From NCBI GenBank assembly GCA_965213925.1, contig OZ243927.1:2048001-2112000 (forward strand): a DNA stretch of 64,000 bases, read 5' to 3'. Shown here piece by piece: positions 39,230 to 48,934 of the stretch (positions within the stretch are counted from its first letter, which is position 1; the number at the start of each line of letters is the position of its first letter). The DNA is from Trueperaceae bacterium. Lineage in GTDB: Bacteria > Deinococcota > Deinococci > Deinococcales > Trueperaceae. A program made the translations under genes and the position numbers. The notes beneath the pieces are model-generated. The model saw only the letters and a list, made by a program, of their open reading frames with translations. It did not search any database and was not told where the DNA came from.

Positions 39230-41173
39230 GTGGACGCTGTCTCCTGCCCCTCATGTAACGCGCCGAACCCTAAAACGATGCGCTTTTGCGGCATGTGCGG
39301 CGCGCGGCTCGTCGCGCACCCCTTAGGACGCGAGCGGCGGCGGGTGACGGTGGTTTTCATCGACCTGGTGGGCTTCAGTGCGCTCACCCGTGACTTCGAC
39401 CCCGAAAAACTGCGCGACCTAGCCGACGAAATCCTGACCGTCATCGCGGGCATCGTCGAGGACTTCGACGGCTACGTGGACGCTTTTCAAGGCGACGGGC
39501 TCATCGCGCTCTTCGGCGCGCCGCGCTCACACTCGGACGACCCGGAGCGGGCGGTTCTAGCGGCGGCGGCGGGACTCCGTGCGGTGGAGACCATCGGGCA
39601 GAACAAGGGCATCGTCCTTAAAGGACGCGCGGGCATCAACACGGGTACGGTCATCGCGGGCACAGTGGGCACGCGGCGCGTCAAGGACTACACGGTGATG
39701 GGCTCGGCGGTGAATCTAGCGGCGCGGCTCGAGGCGGCCGCCTCCCCCGGCGAGGTCTGGGTGGGCGAGGATACCTTCGAGGCGACGCGCCACCGCCTCT
39801 ACTACGCGCCGAGCCCGCCCTTGGCGCTGCGCGGCTTCCCCGAGGTGACGCGGGCGTACCACTTCACCGAGCGGATGCACGCCCGCGACCCGTACGCGCA
39901 TCTGAACTTCGTAGGGCGTACGGAGGAGCTAAAAGCTTTATGGGACGCGCTCAACGAGGTGCGCCGCACTGCTCAGGTGAAAGAGGTGCGGCTCGTCGGC
40001 GAGGCGGGCAGCGGCAAGACGCGGCTTATGAGGGAGTTTTGTAAAGAGGTCAAAAGGCGGCGGGCGGCGCACGTGGTGTGGCCCCAGCCCGACCCCTTCA
40101 CCGCGCCCCTCGCCACCTCTCCGGGCGCGAACGCCCCCCTAGAGCCGCTCCTGCTCAGCGATAACCTCGAAAACACGCCCCTCTTACTCGTGACCGAGCC
40201 GAGCGCGGCGCAAGAGGCGATGCTCTTGGAGCGCGCGGCGGCGGGCGCGCTCGTCGTCCGCTTGAGCCGTAAAAGAACCGAAATAAGCGCGAATGCTGAG
40301 GGCACCTTGCCCCTCGCCCCGCTTAGCGCGGAGGAGAGCTTAGCGCTCTTAGGGCAACTCACCCGACCGGAGTTCAAAGTGGCAGCGGAAGCCTTGGTCA
40401 CGCAAGTCGGCGGCATCCCTGCGCACGTCATCGAGCTAGGGCGCGCCCTCGGCGCGGCTCGCTTCGGCACCTTGCCCAACTCGCTCACCTCCCTCTTACA
40501 AGCGCGGCTCGACTTGCTGCCGCAGAGCGCGCGGCAACTCTTGGCGCAGCTCGCCCTAGTGGGCGAGCGCTGCTGGGCGGGTCTCGCTCTCGTCCTCGCG
40601 GCGCAAAGCGATTTGGAAACGCTCCTCAAAGAAAACTTACTCGTACTAGAGGCGCACACCGCGCTCCCAGGCGAGCCGGAGTACCGCTTTCAGAGCGACC
40701 TCTTGCGCCGCGCCGCGCTCCTCATGGTCCCCTTGAGCGAGCGCCCCAAAACGCATCAGCACATCGCGAACTGGCTGGCGAGCCGCGACCTCGTCGAAGA
40801 GACGAAGATAGAAGACATAGCGGCGCTGACGGTGCACCATTTCAGGCAAGCGGGCGACGACGAGGTGGCGTATCCTCACCTCTTGGACGCGGCGTTGGCA
40901 GCGGCTGAGAGAGGCGTGTATGAGGACCTCGAGACCCTCTCAGTTTTGAACGTTCCCCCGCACCTGCACGCGCAGAGCGCCCTCGTTTACGTCCAGGCGA
41001 TGTGGCAGCGCGACGCCCGGACCTCCTCTCAGAAACTAGAAGAGGTCAGAGCGTGGCTCGCGTCGCAGCCCGAAGGCGAGTACGAAGCCTTACGGACGCA
41101 ATACGACGAACTCGTGAAAATACTCAAAGCCGACGTTCAAGTGGGTCAACCAGGCTTGCGTTTAGCGAGTTGA
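39230..41173 (+). CDS. Zn-ribbon + class III nucleotide cyclase + AAA/STAND-like ATPase
   Basis: CPSC..CGMC; DLVGFS, GDG, GSAVNLAARLE; GEAGSGKT. Confidence 0.88.
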   Translation: MDAVSCPSCNAPNPKTMRFCGMCGARLVAHPLGRERRRVTVVFIDLVGFSALTRDFDPEKLRDLADEILTVIAGIVEDFDGYVDAFQGDGLIALFGAPRSHSDDPERAVLAAAAGLRAVETIGQNKGIVLKGRAGINTGTVIAGTVGTRRVKDYTVMGSAVNLAARLEAAASPGEVWVGEDTFEATRHRLYYAPSPPLALRGFPEVTRAYHFTERMHARDPYAHLNFVGRTEELKALWDALNEVRRTAQVKEVRLVGEAGSGKTRLMREFCKEVKRRRAAHVVWPQPDPFTAPLATSPGANAPLEPLLLSDNLENTPLLLVTEPSAAQEAMLLERAAAGALVVRLSRKRTEISANAEGTLPLAPLSAEESLALLGQLTRPEFKVAAEALVTQVGGIPAHVIELGRALGAARFGTLPNSLTSLLQARLDLLPQSARQLLAQLALVGERCWAGLALVLAAQSDLETLLKENLLVLEAHTALPGEPEYRFQSDLLRRAALLMVPLSERPKTHQHIANWLASRDLVEETKIEDIAALTVHHFRQAGDDEVAYPHLLDAALAAAERGVYEDLETLSVLNVPPHLHAQSALVYVQAMWQRDARTSSQKLEEVRAWLASQPEGEYEALRTQYDELVKILKADVQVGQPGLRLAS

Positions 41174-41190
41174 GGGGCGGCCGTCCTAGG

Positions 41191-42043
41191 TCATTGGGGC
41201 ACGCTCACCTCTTCGGGCGATTCCCCAGGTAATTCGTCCGCCGAACCGAAGACCATGAACCACGCCCGAAAGCTCGGCTCGACCTCTAGGAGGAGCCTCG
41301 AGACGTCACCCCGGTTCGAGCTTCTTGCCGCCTTGCAACTGTTCACGCAGCGCCGCCGGAAAATCCCACCCTCGCTCCGCCAAAAGCTCCGCCGCCCGGA
41401 GCGTAAAAACCCCTTGAAACCAGAGTAGATTACCGAAGTCGAGCTTCCCCCTCGGATACTCGAACGCGCCGAGGTCCGCCCGTTTGACCGTGGTCCCCGC
41501 GACTTGCAGCCGCGCCCACGCCGTGAAACGCTCCTTGACAGTATCCAAACTCGCAGCCTCGAGCGCTGCCAGAAAGAGGTACGTCGCCATGAACTCGTCT
41601 ACCCACTTCACGCGGCTACGTAAGCCAGCCCCATTCGCCGCCGCGTGCCCCCACTCATGCCCGATCAAGAGGTCTAAAAACTCGCGCACGTCCCCCGGCG
41701 CATTCTCACCCGCCTGCGCCGCCCGCACCAAGATGTCGTCCCAGCACCGCAACATCCGGGGCGGATAGTCCGCCGCCGCGACGATACTGACGCCTCCACC
41801 TTTCTGCGTGCGTGTGAAGGGCAAGCCGTAGGGGTAGCTAAAGAGCTTTTGCCAGTCGCGGCGGCTCACGATGAGGAGTTCTGTATCTGGCAGCTCGCCC
41901 AAATGCGGCGCGGCTCCCGCTTGCAGTTCGCTTAAAAACCGCCTGAGTTGCGCAGTGCGCCGCTGTGCACCTTTGGAGAAGCGGGCAGGCGGTGAGCCGG
42001 GCAGAGATTGTAAGTAGACCTTGCGGGTGTAGGGGTCACTCAC
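41191..42043 (-). pseudogene. HExxH-containing hypothetical protein with apparent 3' frameshift
   Basis: HEWGH...E motif; ORF stops at 41306 but a shifted frame continues GDVSRLLLEVEPSFRAWF to TGA at 41191. Confidence 0.5.
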
Positions 42044-42122
42044 GCTTCGGCGCGTGGTTGAGTGGGTTGCGTCATAGGCTAGTGTACCGCGAAGGGCAGA
42101 AGATTGAGTAGACAACTGAATC

Positions 42123-42212
42123 ATCATTCTGAGCGGATGTGAAGAATTTCTATGTTCACCTCCTCCAGTTGAGAAAGAGAAGAATCTTCACTAACGCTAC
42201 GTTCAGAGTGAC
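42123..42212. repeat. REP-like palindrome, GTCA family (core copy 2)
   Basis: TCATTCTGAGCG / CGTTCAGAGTGAC arms; inner GTGAAGA..TCTTCAC. Confidence 0.8.
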
Positions 42213-42242
42213 ATCTTATTCCAACTCTACTCACCAGACCTC

Positions 42243-42303
42243 TTGACAACTCAATTACATAGGAATACTATACACTCAATTCAGTACCTAGCATTCCTAT
42301 GGA
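42243..42303 (+). promoter_or_regulatory. padR promoter with two putative autoregulatory boxes
   Basis: TTGACA-17-TACTAT; TACATAG-N5-CTATACA (42256-42274) and TACCTAG-N5-CTATGGA (42285-42303). Confidence 0.7.
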
Positions 42304-42637
42304 GGCAAATGTGAACGGCAACCTGCTCAAAGGCAACTTAGACCTCATCCTCTTAGCGATTTTGGAGGACGAGCCCAAGTACGGCTTAGAGATTATCAGC
42401 GAAGCTAAGAGCCGCACGGACGGCTACTTCGAATTCAAAGAGGGCAGCCTCTATCCGGCGCTGCACCGCCTCGCCAAAGCCAATCTCGTCGCGGCGGAGT
42501 TCGCGCCCTCGGACGCAGGCGGACCGCGCCGCCGCTACTACCGTTTGACGGATGCGGGCAGCAAACGCTTGGCGGAAAAGCGCAAGGAGTGGGAGAGGTT
42601 CAACGGCGCAGTTCGGGCGCTTTGGGAGGGACGATGA
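42299..42637 (+). CDS. PadR-family transcriptional regulator
   Basis: KGNLDL.LL, YG.EI, EGSLYPALHRL, RRRYYRLT.G; true start may be GTG 42311. Confidence 0.95.
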   Translation: MEANVNGNLLKGNLDLILLAILEDEPKYGLEIISEAKSRTDGYFEFKEGSLYPALHRLAKANLVAAEFAPSDAGGPRRRYYRLTDAGSKRLAEKRKEWERFNGAVRALWEGR

Positions 42638-43830
42638 ACGAGGTGAAAGTTGAGCGGTATTTGAGGAGGGCGACGCGGGGGTTGTGGGGACGCAAGCGTG
42701 AAGAGGTCCGTGAGGAGCTAGAGGCGCATATTCAAGAGAGGGTTGTAGCGCACCGGATTACAGGACTTAGCGAGGAAAGCGCCGTAGAGCGCACGCTCAG
42801 TGAGATGGGGGAGCCGAAAGAGGTGAGAGAAGGGATGACGCGGATTTACACCTTGCCCACGCTGCTAGGTTCCGGCGCGTTCTTCACGGCAGTTTGCGCG
42901 GTTATCGCCGTAACGTTTTCGGACGGTTTGGCGCAATCTCTACCCCTCGACTACCGCTGGCCTGCGGAGATTTGTCTCGAGGCGTCCGCCCAAAGCCTAC
43001 CGGAGAAGTGTAAGACGGATGTCCCCTGGCTCAGCGTTCGAGAACTCGAAGAGAACTTAGAACCTCTAGGCGTAAGCGTAGCCGAGCAAGAGGGCGGGGT
43101 AACGCTCACCTTTCCTAATGCGCAGCCTGTACGCTTACCACCCCTCGATATCAACCCTGCGGATTACTACAACCCGAGCGGGGACACGCTCAACTCGCTC
43201 GTGCGAAGCGAGCAACTGCGGAAGGGTTACTATCCTCTTTATGAAATCCTGTTCGAGATTGCGAGCCAAGCTGATGTGCCTGTGAAGCTTAGCGGTTGGG
43301 AGGCACCCGAGCTACAAGTGGGCAATACCGCGTTTCAGCTAGGAACCGAAGCGCGGGCGCTTAAAGGAGACCTCTTTAGGTTCGGCCTTCTCTTCTGGCC
43401 TTTGGTAGAGCAGCCGTCCTTCCCGGAATTCCTCGAGTCTGTGGAGCTTATCTACACTGCTTGGGACGACGGGGACGGCTCCTCTAAGTACGACTTCGGG
43501 AGTCAGCGCTTCGAGGTCGGTGCGGAAGAGGATACCTACGGGTACTTCTTGGCGGCGTGGCTCGAGCCGACGCCGGGCGACACCATTCTCTGGTACGACG
43601 CCGTAAGAGCAAACGGCGATGGCGTCATCGACTTACGCATCCCCGACAACGTCACCTTCGTAGACCAAGTAGACGAGCAACCCGCGCTCAATACGGCTGT
43701 GCTTGTACGCCTCGAGCACACCTTTACGACATACGACGTAGCGACAGAACGTGAAGGGTATGAGGTCGCAGGCTTAGCTTACGACATCGTTTCACCCGCT
43801 CAGATTCGTGCAGCGGAGGAAGCGCAGTGA
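42634..43830 (+). CDS. Permease-prefix/HAAS-like domain + TM + extracytoplasmic domain protein (paralogue 1)
   Basis: ERYLRRATRGLWG...REELEAHI...MGEP.EV; TM; ATGA overlap with padR. Confidence 0.8.
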   Translation: MNEVKVERYLRRATRGLWGRKREEVREELEAHIQERVVAHRITGLSEESAVERTLSEMGEPKEVREGMTRIYTLPTLLGSGAFFTAVCAVIAVTFSDGLAQSLPLDYRWPAEICLEASAQSLPEKCKTDVPWLSVRELEENLEPLGVSVAEQEGGVTLTFPNAQPVRLPPLDINPADYYNPSGDTLNSLVRSEQLRKGYYPLYEILFEIASQADVPVKLSGWEAPELQVGNTAFQLGTEARALKGDLFRFGLLFWPLVEQPSFPEFLESVELIYTAWDDGDGSSKYDFGSQRFEVGAEEDTYGYFLAAWLEPTPGDTILWYDAVRANGDGVIDLRIPDNVTFVDQVDEQPALNTAVLVRLEHTFTTYDVATEREGYEVAGLAYDIVSPAQIRAAEEAQ

Positions 43831-45059
43831 AAGAGGTTGAGCAGTACCTGAAAAGTGCCACACGTGGACTTTGGGGGCGCAAGCATAAAGAGGTACGCGA
43901 GGAGTTAGAAGCGCATATTCAAGAGCGCGTTATGGCGCACCGAATGGCAGGACTGAATGAACAAGACGCAACCGAGCGGACGCTTAGGGAGCTTGGGCAT
44001 CCGAGAGAGGTGAGTGCAGGCATGGCAAGAATTTACGCGCTACCGACGCTTTTTGAAACGAGTCTTTTGGCTACCGCAGCTTGTGTCGTAGCAGTGACGC
44101 TTAGCTCGAGCAGCTTAGCTCAGTCCGTCGTGGGCTCCTTTTACTTTCCTTCTGAAGCGTGCATTCAGGAGATCGAGAGTGGCGCGGTTAGCCTCAGCCC
44201 TCGCGACTATTATGAGTCCGGTGCGTTTGCAGGCGACTGTGTGATCGCTGATAACTCGTTGTGGTTGAGCATAGAATCGCTCGAGCAGACCCTCGAGCCG
44301 CAGGGCGTCGAGGTCAATCATGACGGGTTTCTAACGCTCGACTTTCCGGGGGCGGACCGGGTCTTCGTCGCTTCTAGCGCAAACCATATTCGAGTGATGC
44401 GCGAAGACGGAACAGAGATTTCTGGTCAGCCCTCTTACGTTTCGCTTTGGCGTCTTCTCAGGGCAGCGTCTGAGTTGAGGAGTTTGAACGTCAGCGTGAC
44501 AGGCTGGGACAACCCAACTGTAAACATCGATGAGGTGTCGCTACAAATCGGTACGGAGCAGCAGCCGATGAAGGGAAGAGATTTTTACGACAACTACCTG
44601 AGCGCGGTTCTGTTCGGTGATGTGATCAATCCAGTTATCGGCGCAAGTTATGTAGATGTCGTCAGTCCCTATCTCGAAAAAGCTTTGAATGCTGCCAACT
44701 TCGAGGAAAATGCCCCGCTTCGCACTCTGCAGGTTAATTCTACGCAGGGTAATGCTGGCAGTTCATCAGATATCTACGGCGTCATGGTGGTACTCGATGT
44801 GTCTGGACCTCTGACTCATAGGTCTGAGAACGGCGAGCCGGGTGACGTTCCGGACATCGGGTTTTTAATGGATGTTGCTAGAGTCAACCAAGAGGGTCAG
44901 CTAGACCTGCATTTTCCAGCGGGTAATGTTCGGTTTGTCGAAACACTGTCAACAGACCCGGAGCCCGGTACGGCGGTATTAGTACGTCTTGCTGGTGGGT
45001 CGAATGAATTTCAGAGGTGGTACGAAATCGTCTCGCCTGAGCAAATCCGAGTAAATTAG
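43827..45059 (+). CDS. Permease-prefix/HAAS-like domain membrane protein (paralogue 2)
   Basis: EQYLKSATRGLWG...REELEAHIQERV; shared C-terminal AVLVRL..Y.IVSP.QIR. Confidence 0.8.
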   Translation: MKEVEQYLKSATRGLWGRKHKEVREELEAHIQERVMAHRMAGLNEQDATERTLRELGHPREVSAGMARIYALPTLFETSLLATAACVVAVTLSSSSLAQSVVGSFYFPSEACIQEIESGAVSLSPRDYYESGAFAGDCVIADNSLWLSIESLEQTLEPQGVEVNHDGFLTLDFPGADRVFVASSANHIRVMREDGTEISGQPSYVSLWRLLRAASELRSLNVSVTGWDNPTVNIDEVSLQIGTEQQPMKGRDFYDNYLSAVLFGDVINPVIGASYVDVVSPYLEKALNAANFEENAPLRTLQVNSTQGNAGSSSDIYGVMVVLDVSGPLTHRSENGEPGDVPDIGFLMDVARVNQEGQLDLHFPAGNVRFVETLSTDPEPGTAVLVRLAGGSNEFQRWYEIVSPEQIRVN

Positions 45060-45075
45060 TCTGACGCAAACCTCT

Positions 45076-46434
45076 TCAAAACCCCAAATACGGCGCGGGG
45101 TCATACCACACCGCGCCTTCCCCTTGGGGCGTCCCCATGCGAAACTGCAAGGTGTCGGGCGGCGTCAGCGTGCCGCCGCCTAAGTAGCCGATAATCTGCC
45201 CCTGCTCGACTCGGTCGCCTATCTGGATACTGTCGGGGAATTGCAGGTTGGAATACGCGGTGATGAGTTCGGGACCGTTCAAGATAGCAACCAAGTAACC
45301 GCTGTTCGCAGAGATGCGCCGTACGCGCCAGACGGTGCCCCCTTTGACGGCGCGAACGGCGGTGCCGGGCTGCTCGGCTTTTAGGAGAATTTGACTCGCG
45401 CCACCTTCGCTAAAGCCGCTCACGAGACCGGGGTTGGGAAAGGGCAGCGTGAATTCGCCGTCGCCGAGGTCCGTGGGCGTCTCCAAGGTGCGAATCTGGT
45501 CCTCTAGCTCCTCCGCCTCTTGGCTAAAGCGCTGCCACTCGCGCACCGCTTCCTCGGCGGCTTGGCGCTGCCGCGCCTCAGCATCCCTATTTACTTGGCG
45601 CTCGCGAGCCGCAGCTTCGCGCTCCCTGGCGGCTGCCTCGCGCCGACGCGCGAGTTCGGCGGCGCGGCGCAGTCTGGCGAGTTCTTCTTGGAGAGCGGCT
45701 TCGGCGTTGAGCAGGGTCTGTTCGATGTCGGCTTGTTCGTTCAACAAAGTCTGCTGCTGCGCGAGTTGTCCTTGGCGCGTCTCCTCGAGCTGCGCAATGA
45801 CGCCCGCTAGGTTCTCTCGTACGCCTTGCAGCGCAGTTTGGTTCTCGGCGAGCTGCGCCTCTTGCGCGTTCAGCTCTTCAATCTGCGCGCTGAGCGTGAG
45901 TTGCGCGTCTTGCAGCTCGGCGACGGTGCGGTTCATCTCTTCTATGAGCGAGACGTCTTGCTCAGTTAGCCTCGAGAGGTAGAAGCTCTTCACGCGCAAG
46001 TCGAAGATGGACTCGGACTCCGCTAAGAGGCGCGCGTAGCGTCCGCCGCGCTCTTTATGTAGATTGACGAGCAACGCTTGCAGGCGGGTCTCGAGCGTCG
46101 TCAAGCGCTCCTGCAGATCACCGATACGTCCCCTCGTCCCCTCCAAGTCCTGATTGAGCGCCGTAACGCGCTCCGTAAGCTCGGCGCGTTGCCCCTGCAG
46201 AGCATCGATTTCTGCGTTCAAGCGGTCCCGCTCGGCGAGTTGCGCGCCCAGTTCAGCGCTCGTCTCCTGCAGGGCAGCGTCGATTTCAGCTTGGGCGGCT
46301 CTACGCTCCTCTAAGAGTTGTTCGTAACTTTGAATGTCTTGCTCGAGCTGCCGAGTCTCACTATTTTGCGTCTGCGCATCCTGCGCGTGCGCGAAACTAA
46401 GGGTAAGAACGACAAGAATCCAGGCGTACCTCAT
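45076..46434 (-). CDS. EnvC-like murein hydrolase activator (coiled coil + degenerate M23)
   Basis: Signal peptide, long coiled coil, GDRVEQGQIIG M23 fold lacking Zn-binding His; follows ftsX. Confidence 0.8.
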   Translation of the reverse strand: MRYAWILVVLTLSFAHAQDAQTQNSETRQLEQDIQSYEQLLEERRAAQAEIDAALQETSAELGAQLAERDRLNAEIDALQGQRAELTERVTALNQDLEGTRGRIGDLQERLTTLETRLQALLVNLHKERGGRYARLLAESESIFDLRVKSFYLSRLTEQDVSLIEEMNRTVAELQDAQLTLSAQIEELNAQEAQLAENQTALQGVRENLAGVIAQLEETRQGQLAQQQTLLNEQADIEQTLLNAEAALQEELARLRRAAELARRREAAAREREAAARERQVNRDAEARQRQAAEEAVREWQRFSQEAEELEDQIRTLETPTDLGDGEFTLPFPNPGLVSGFSEGGASQILLKAEQPGTAVRAVKGGTVWRVRRISANSGYLVAILNGPELITAYSNLQFPDSIQIGDRVEQGQIIGYLGGGTLTPPDTLQFRMGTPQGEGAVWYDPAPYLGF

Positions 46435-47291
46435 ACGTCCTCCTGTAGGTATTGCGAGACCGAAATAGCGCTGCCTGCGAGCCCCACCAAGAGCGACAGC
46501 GCGGCGAGGAGCACGGTCACTCGCAAGAGGACCAGCGGGTCGCGCTCGAGGGGAAAGAGGGGGAAATTCTCCGTCAAGAGGTCCGTGACAAAGCGGTAGC
46601 CCGGCAGCACCAGCGCGAGCGTGATAAGGGCGCTGATGAGCCCCAACAAAAACCCTTCGATGAGGAAGGGCGCGCGGATAAAGCCGCGCGTCGCGCCGAC
46701 CAAGCGCATCACTTCGATTTCATCTTTGCGGGCGGTGATCGCGGCGCGAATCGAGTTGACGATGGCGAACAAGGCGGCAGAGAGCAGCACGACGATGAGA
46801 ATGGAGCCCACCACGCGAAAGGCGTTGTTGATGGCTAGAAAGGTCTCGACCTCGTCGCTGATGGCGTCCACCTCGGCAACGCCCGGCAGCCCCCTCAGCC
46901 GCTCAGCGACGCCCTCGGTCTGCGTCGGGTCGATGAGGCGCATCCGCAGGGTGAATGGGAGCGGGTTCGCCACCGCGCCGCTCGCCTGGGCGATGTAGGG
47001 ACGCTCACGCTCGAGCGACGCCAACGCCTCCTCCGGCGGAATGAGGTCCACGGTCGCCACCTCTGACCAGGTATTGACGCGCTCCAAAATAGCGGACCGA
47101 TTCGCGCCTTCTTCTAAGTAAGCCGCCAACTCTAAGTCGCTCTGCAACTCCTGCAAGGTTAGGTTGAGGTTGAGGCTCAAGAGGCTAAAGCCCGCCAGAA
47201 TCGTCAAGGACAACGTCATCGTGGTCAGCGTCGAGACGCTGGCGATCCAGTTGTTACGCAGGGCGCGGAGGGCTTGGCTAAAGGCGTACAT
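46431..47291 (-). CDS. ftsX: Cell division permease FtsX
   Basis: NPLP, EIEVMRLVGATRGFIRAPFLIEG. Confidence 0.93.
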   Translation of the reverse strand: MYAFSQALRALRNNWIASVSTLTTMTLSLTILAGFSLLSLNLNLTLQELQSDLELAAYLEEGANRSAILERVNTWSEVATVDLIPPEEALASLERERPYIAQASGAVANPLPFTLRMRLIDPTQTEGVAERLRGLPGVAEVDAISDEVETFLAINNAFRVVGSILIVVLLSAALFAIVNSIRAAITARKDEIEVMRLVGATRGFIRAPFLIEGFLLGLISALITLALVLPGYRFVTDLLTENFPLFPLERDPLVLLRVTVLLAALSLLVGLAGSAISVSQYLQEDV

Positions 47292-47562
47292 GTTAGCGCC
47301 GTCCCCATACGCAGCACTGTGGGGAGAGGGCTCGAGTTCTCAAATCCTTCTGTCTTTTCCGCTTCACTGAGACGAGTGTATCAAATCGGAGAGGTGAGTT
47401 CGCTGAGTGGGTGAAACGTTTGCCTTAACTGCTGTGTTGGGAACGTGTCTGCTAGGGCCTCTATAACAGTTGTAACCGTGGGTATAGGCCGGTTGAGCAT
47501 ACGAGTAAGTTTAAGCACAAGGAGTGGATAGCCTCTTTTCAACCTCTTGTCTAAGCTGTAAG

Positions 47563-47767
47563 TACACCGTCAACTAAAAAATGAGTGATGTCATTCTGAA
47601 CGTAACGAAGTGGAGCCCCCTTTCGGGGATGAACGATGAAAGAATCTCGTCTTCCATTCCCGACTAGCCGAGATTGCGAGTTACAGAGTTTTGGCAGTAG
47701 CCAAACGAGACCCTTACGCCTTCGGCTCAGGGTGACAACAGTGTCGCAGAATTTACTTAACAGTGTA
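47563..47767 (+). mobile_element. MITE (205 bp) with imperfect 15-bp TIRs and 5-bp TSD GTAAG
   Basis: gtaag|TACACCGTCAACTAA...TTACTTAACAGTGTA|gtaag; internal GTCA palindrome 47590-47736. Confidence 0.8.
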
Positions 47768-47952
47768 GTAAGTCAGGAGGCGAAAAGGATGAATATAACG
47801 GTATTAGGCTACCCTCTATTAGCAGCTCCAAGACATACCGAGACGAAGGGTAGCAGGTATCATCATTAAATGTGTGTGCTGCATGATGTTCTCAAAAATG
47901 AGGGTGTTGCTTCGCAAAACTACGTACACTCAAACCAGATGATACCTGCTAT

Positions 47953-48858
47953 ATGAACCTCAAAGTCACGCTCTTCCTACTTCTTCTAGCGGTCTTTTGG
48001 GGCTCGGCGTTTCCACTTATCAAGATAGGGTTAGAGGACTTCTCTCCAGGTCACTTGACGCTGATACGCTTCATCGTCGCGTCGGCGTGCTTCGCGCCGT
48101 ACCTCTACCTTACGAATAGCACCCTCTTTCCCAAACTGCGCGACGTTCCCTACTTCTTCTTGCTCGGACTCTTGGGTATCACGATTTACCACACCGCGCT
48201 AAACTTCGGCGAGCTTTACGTAACGGCGGGGGCGGCGAGCCTGATTATCGCGACGGCTCCGGCGATCAGCGCAGTTTTGGCGTACTTCATGCTCTCGGAC
48301 CGCTTGCCGTTTATGGGCTGGATAGGCACGCTCGTGTCGTTCTTCGGCGTGTTCCTCATCGTTATGGGCGAGGACGAGGGGTTGAGTTTCAATCCTTACG
48401 CGCTACTCATCCTGCTCTCCGCCATCGTGACGGCGTTTTTCGTCGTCTTGCAAAAGCCGATGCTAGGGCGCTACAAGTCCGCCGAAGTCTCCGCGTTCGC
48501 AACCTGGGCAGGGACGGTGCCGCTCTTCGTCTTCGCGCCTGGGTTTATAGGCGAGGTCAGCGCGGCGAGTACCGCGCCGCTCTTAGCCGCTATCTACATC
48601 GGCGTCTTTCCCGCCGCGATTTCCTACGCGATTTTCTCCTACGCGCTCTCCAAAGCGCCCGTTACAGTGGTGACGGCATTTCTTTACACCGTGCCCGTTT
48701 TCAGCATCTTCTTCTCCTGGCTGCTGATCGACGAAGTCCCGACCTATCTCACGCTCATCGGGGGCGTCGTAGCAATTTTAGGCATTGTGATGGTGAACTG
48801 GGCGAAGCGGCGGGTACGTTTAAGAGAGGCGCAGTACGCACCCTCGGCTGCGAGGTAG
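47953..48858 (+). CDS. EamA/DMT family transporter
   Basis: FWGSAF, RF, ~10 TM helices. Confidence 0.9.
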   Translation: MNLKVTLFLLLLAVFWGSAFPLIKIGLEDFSPGHLTLIRFIVASACFAPYLYLTNSTLFPKLRDVPYFFLLGLLGITIYHTALNFGELYVTAGAASLIIATAPAISAVLAYFMLSDRLPFMGWIGTLVSFFGVFLIVMGEDEGLSFNPYALLILLSAIVTAFFVVLQKPMLGRYKSAEVSAFATWAGTVPLFVFAPGFIGEVSAASTAPLLAAIYIGVFPAAISYAIFSYALSKAPVTVVTAFLYTVPVFSIFFSWLLIDEVPTYLTLIGGVVAILGIVMVNWAKRRVRLREAQYAPSAAR

Positions 48859-48934
48859 AAAGACAGCAATGAGAAACGAGTGAAACCCTTTAGACTCATC
48901 TCTCGGTACTCATTGCTAAGATTTGTACTCATCG

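Noticed and set aside
39230..42043. Pycsar/CBASS-type defence operon
   Set aside because: Cyclase is a multidomain STAND type, the neighbour is convergent, and there is no cNMP-binding effector
47636..47869. Short ORFs 47636..47869 and 56008..56328
   Set aside because: They run through MITE sequence and have no transposase motifs
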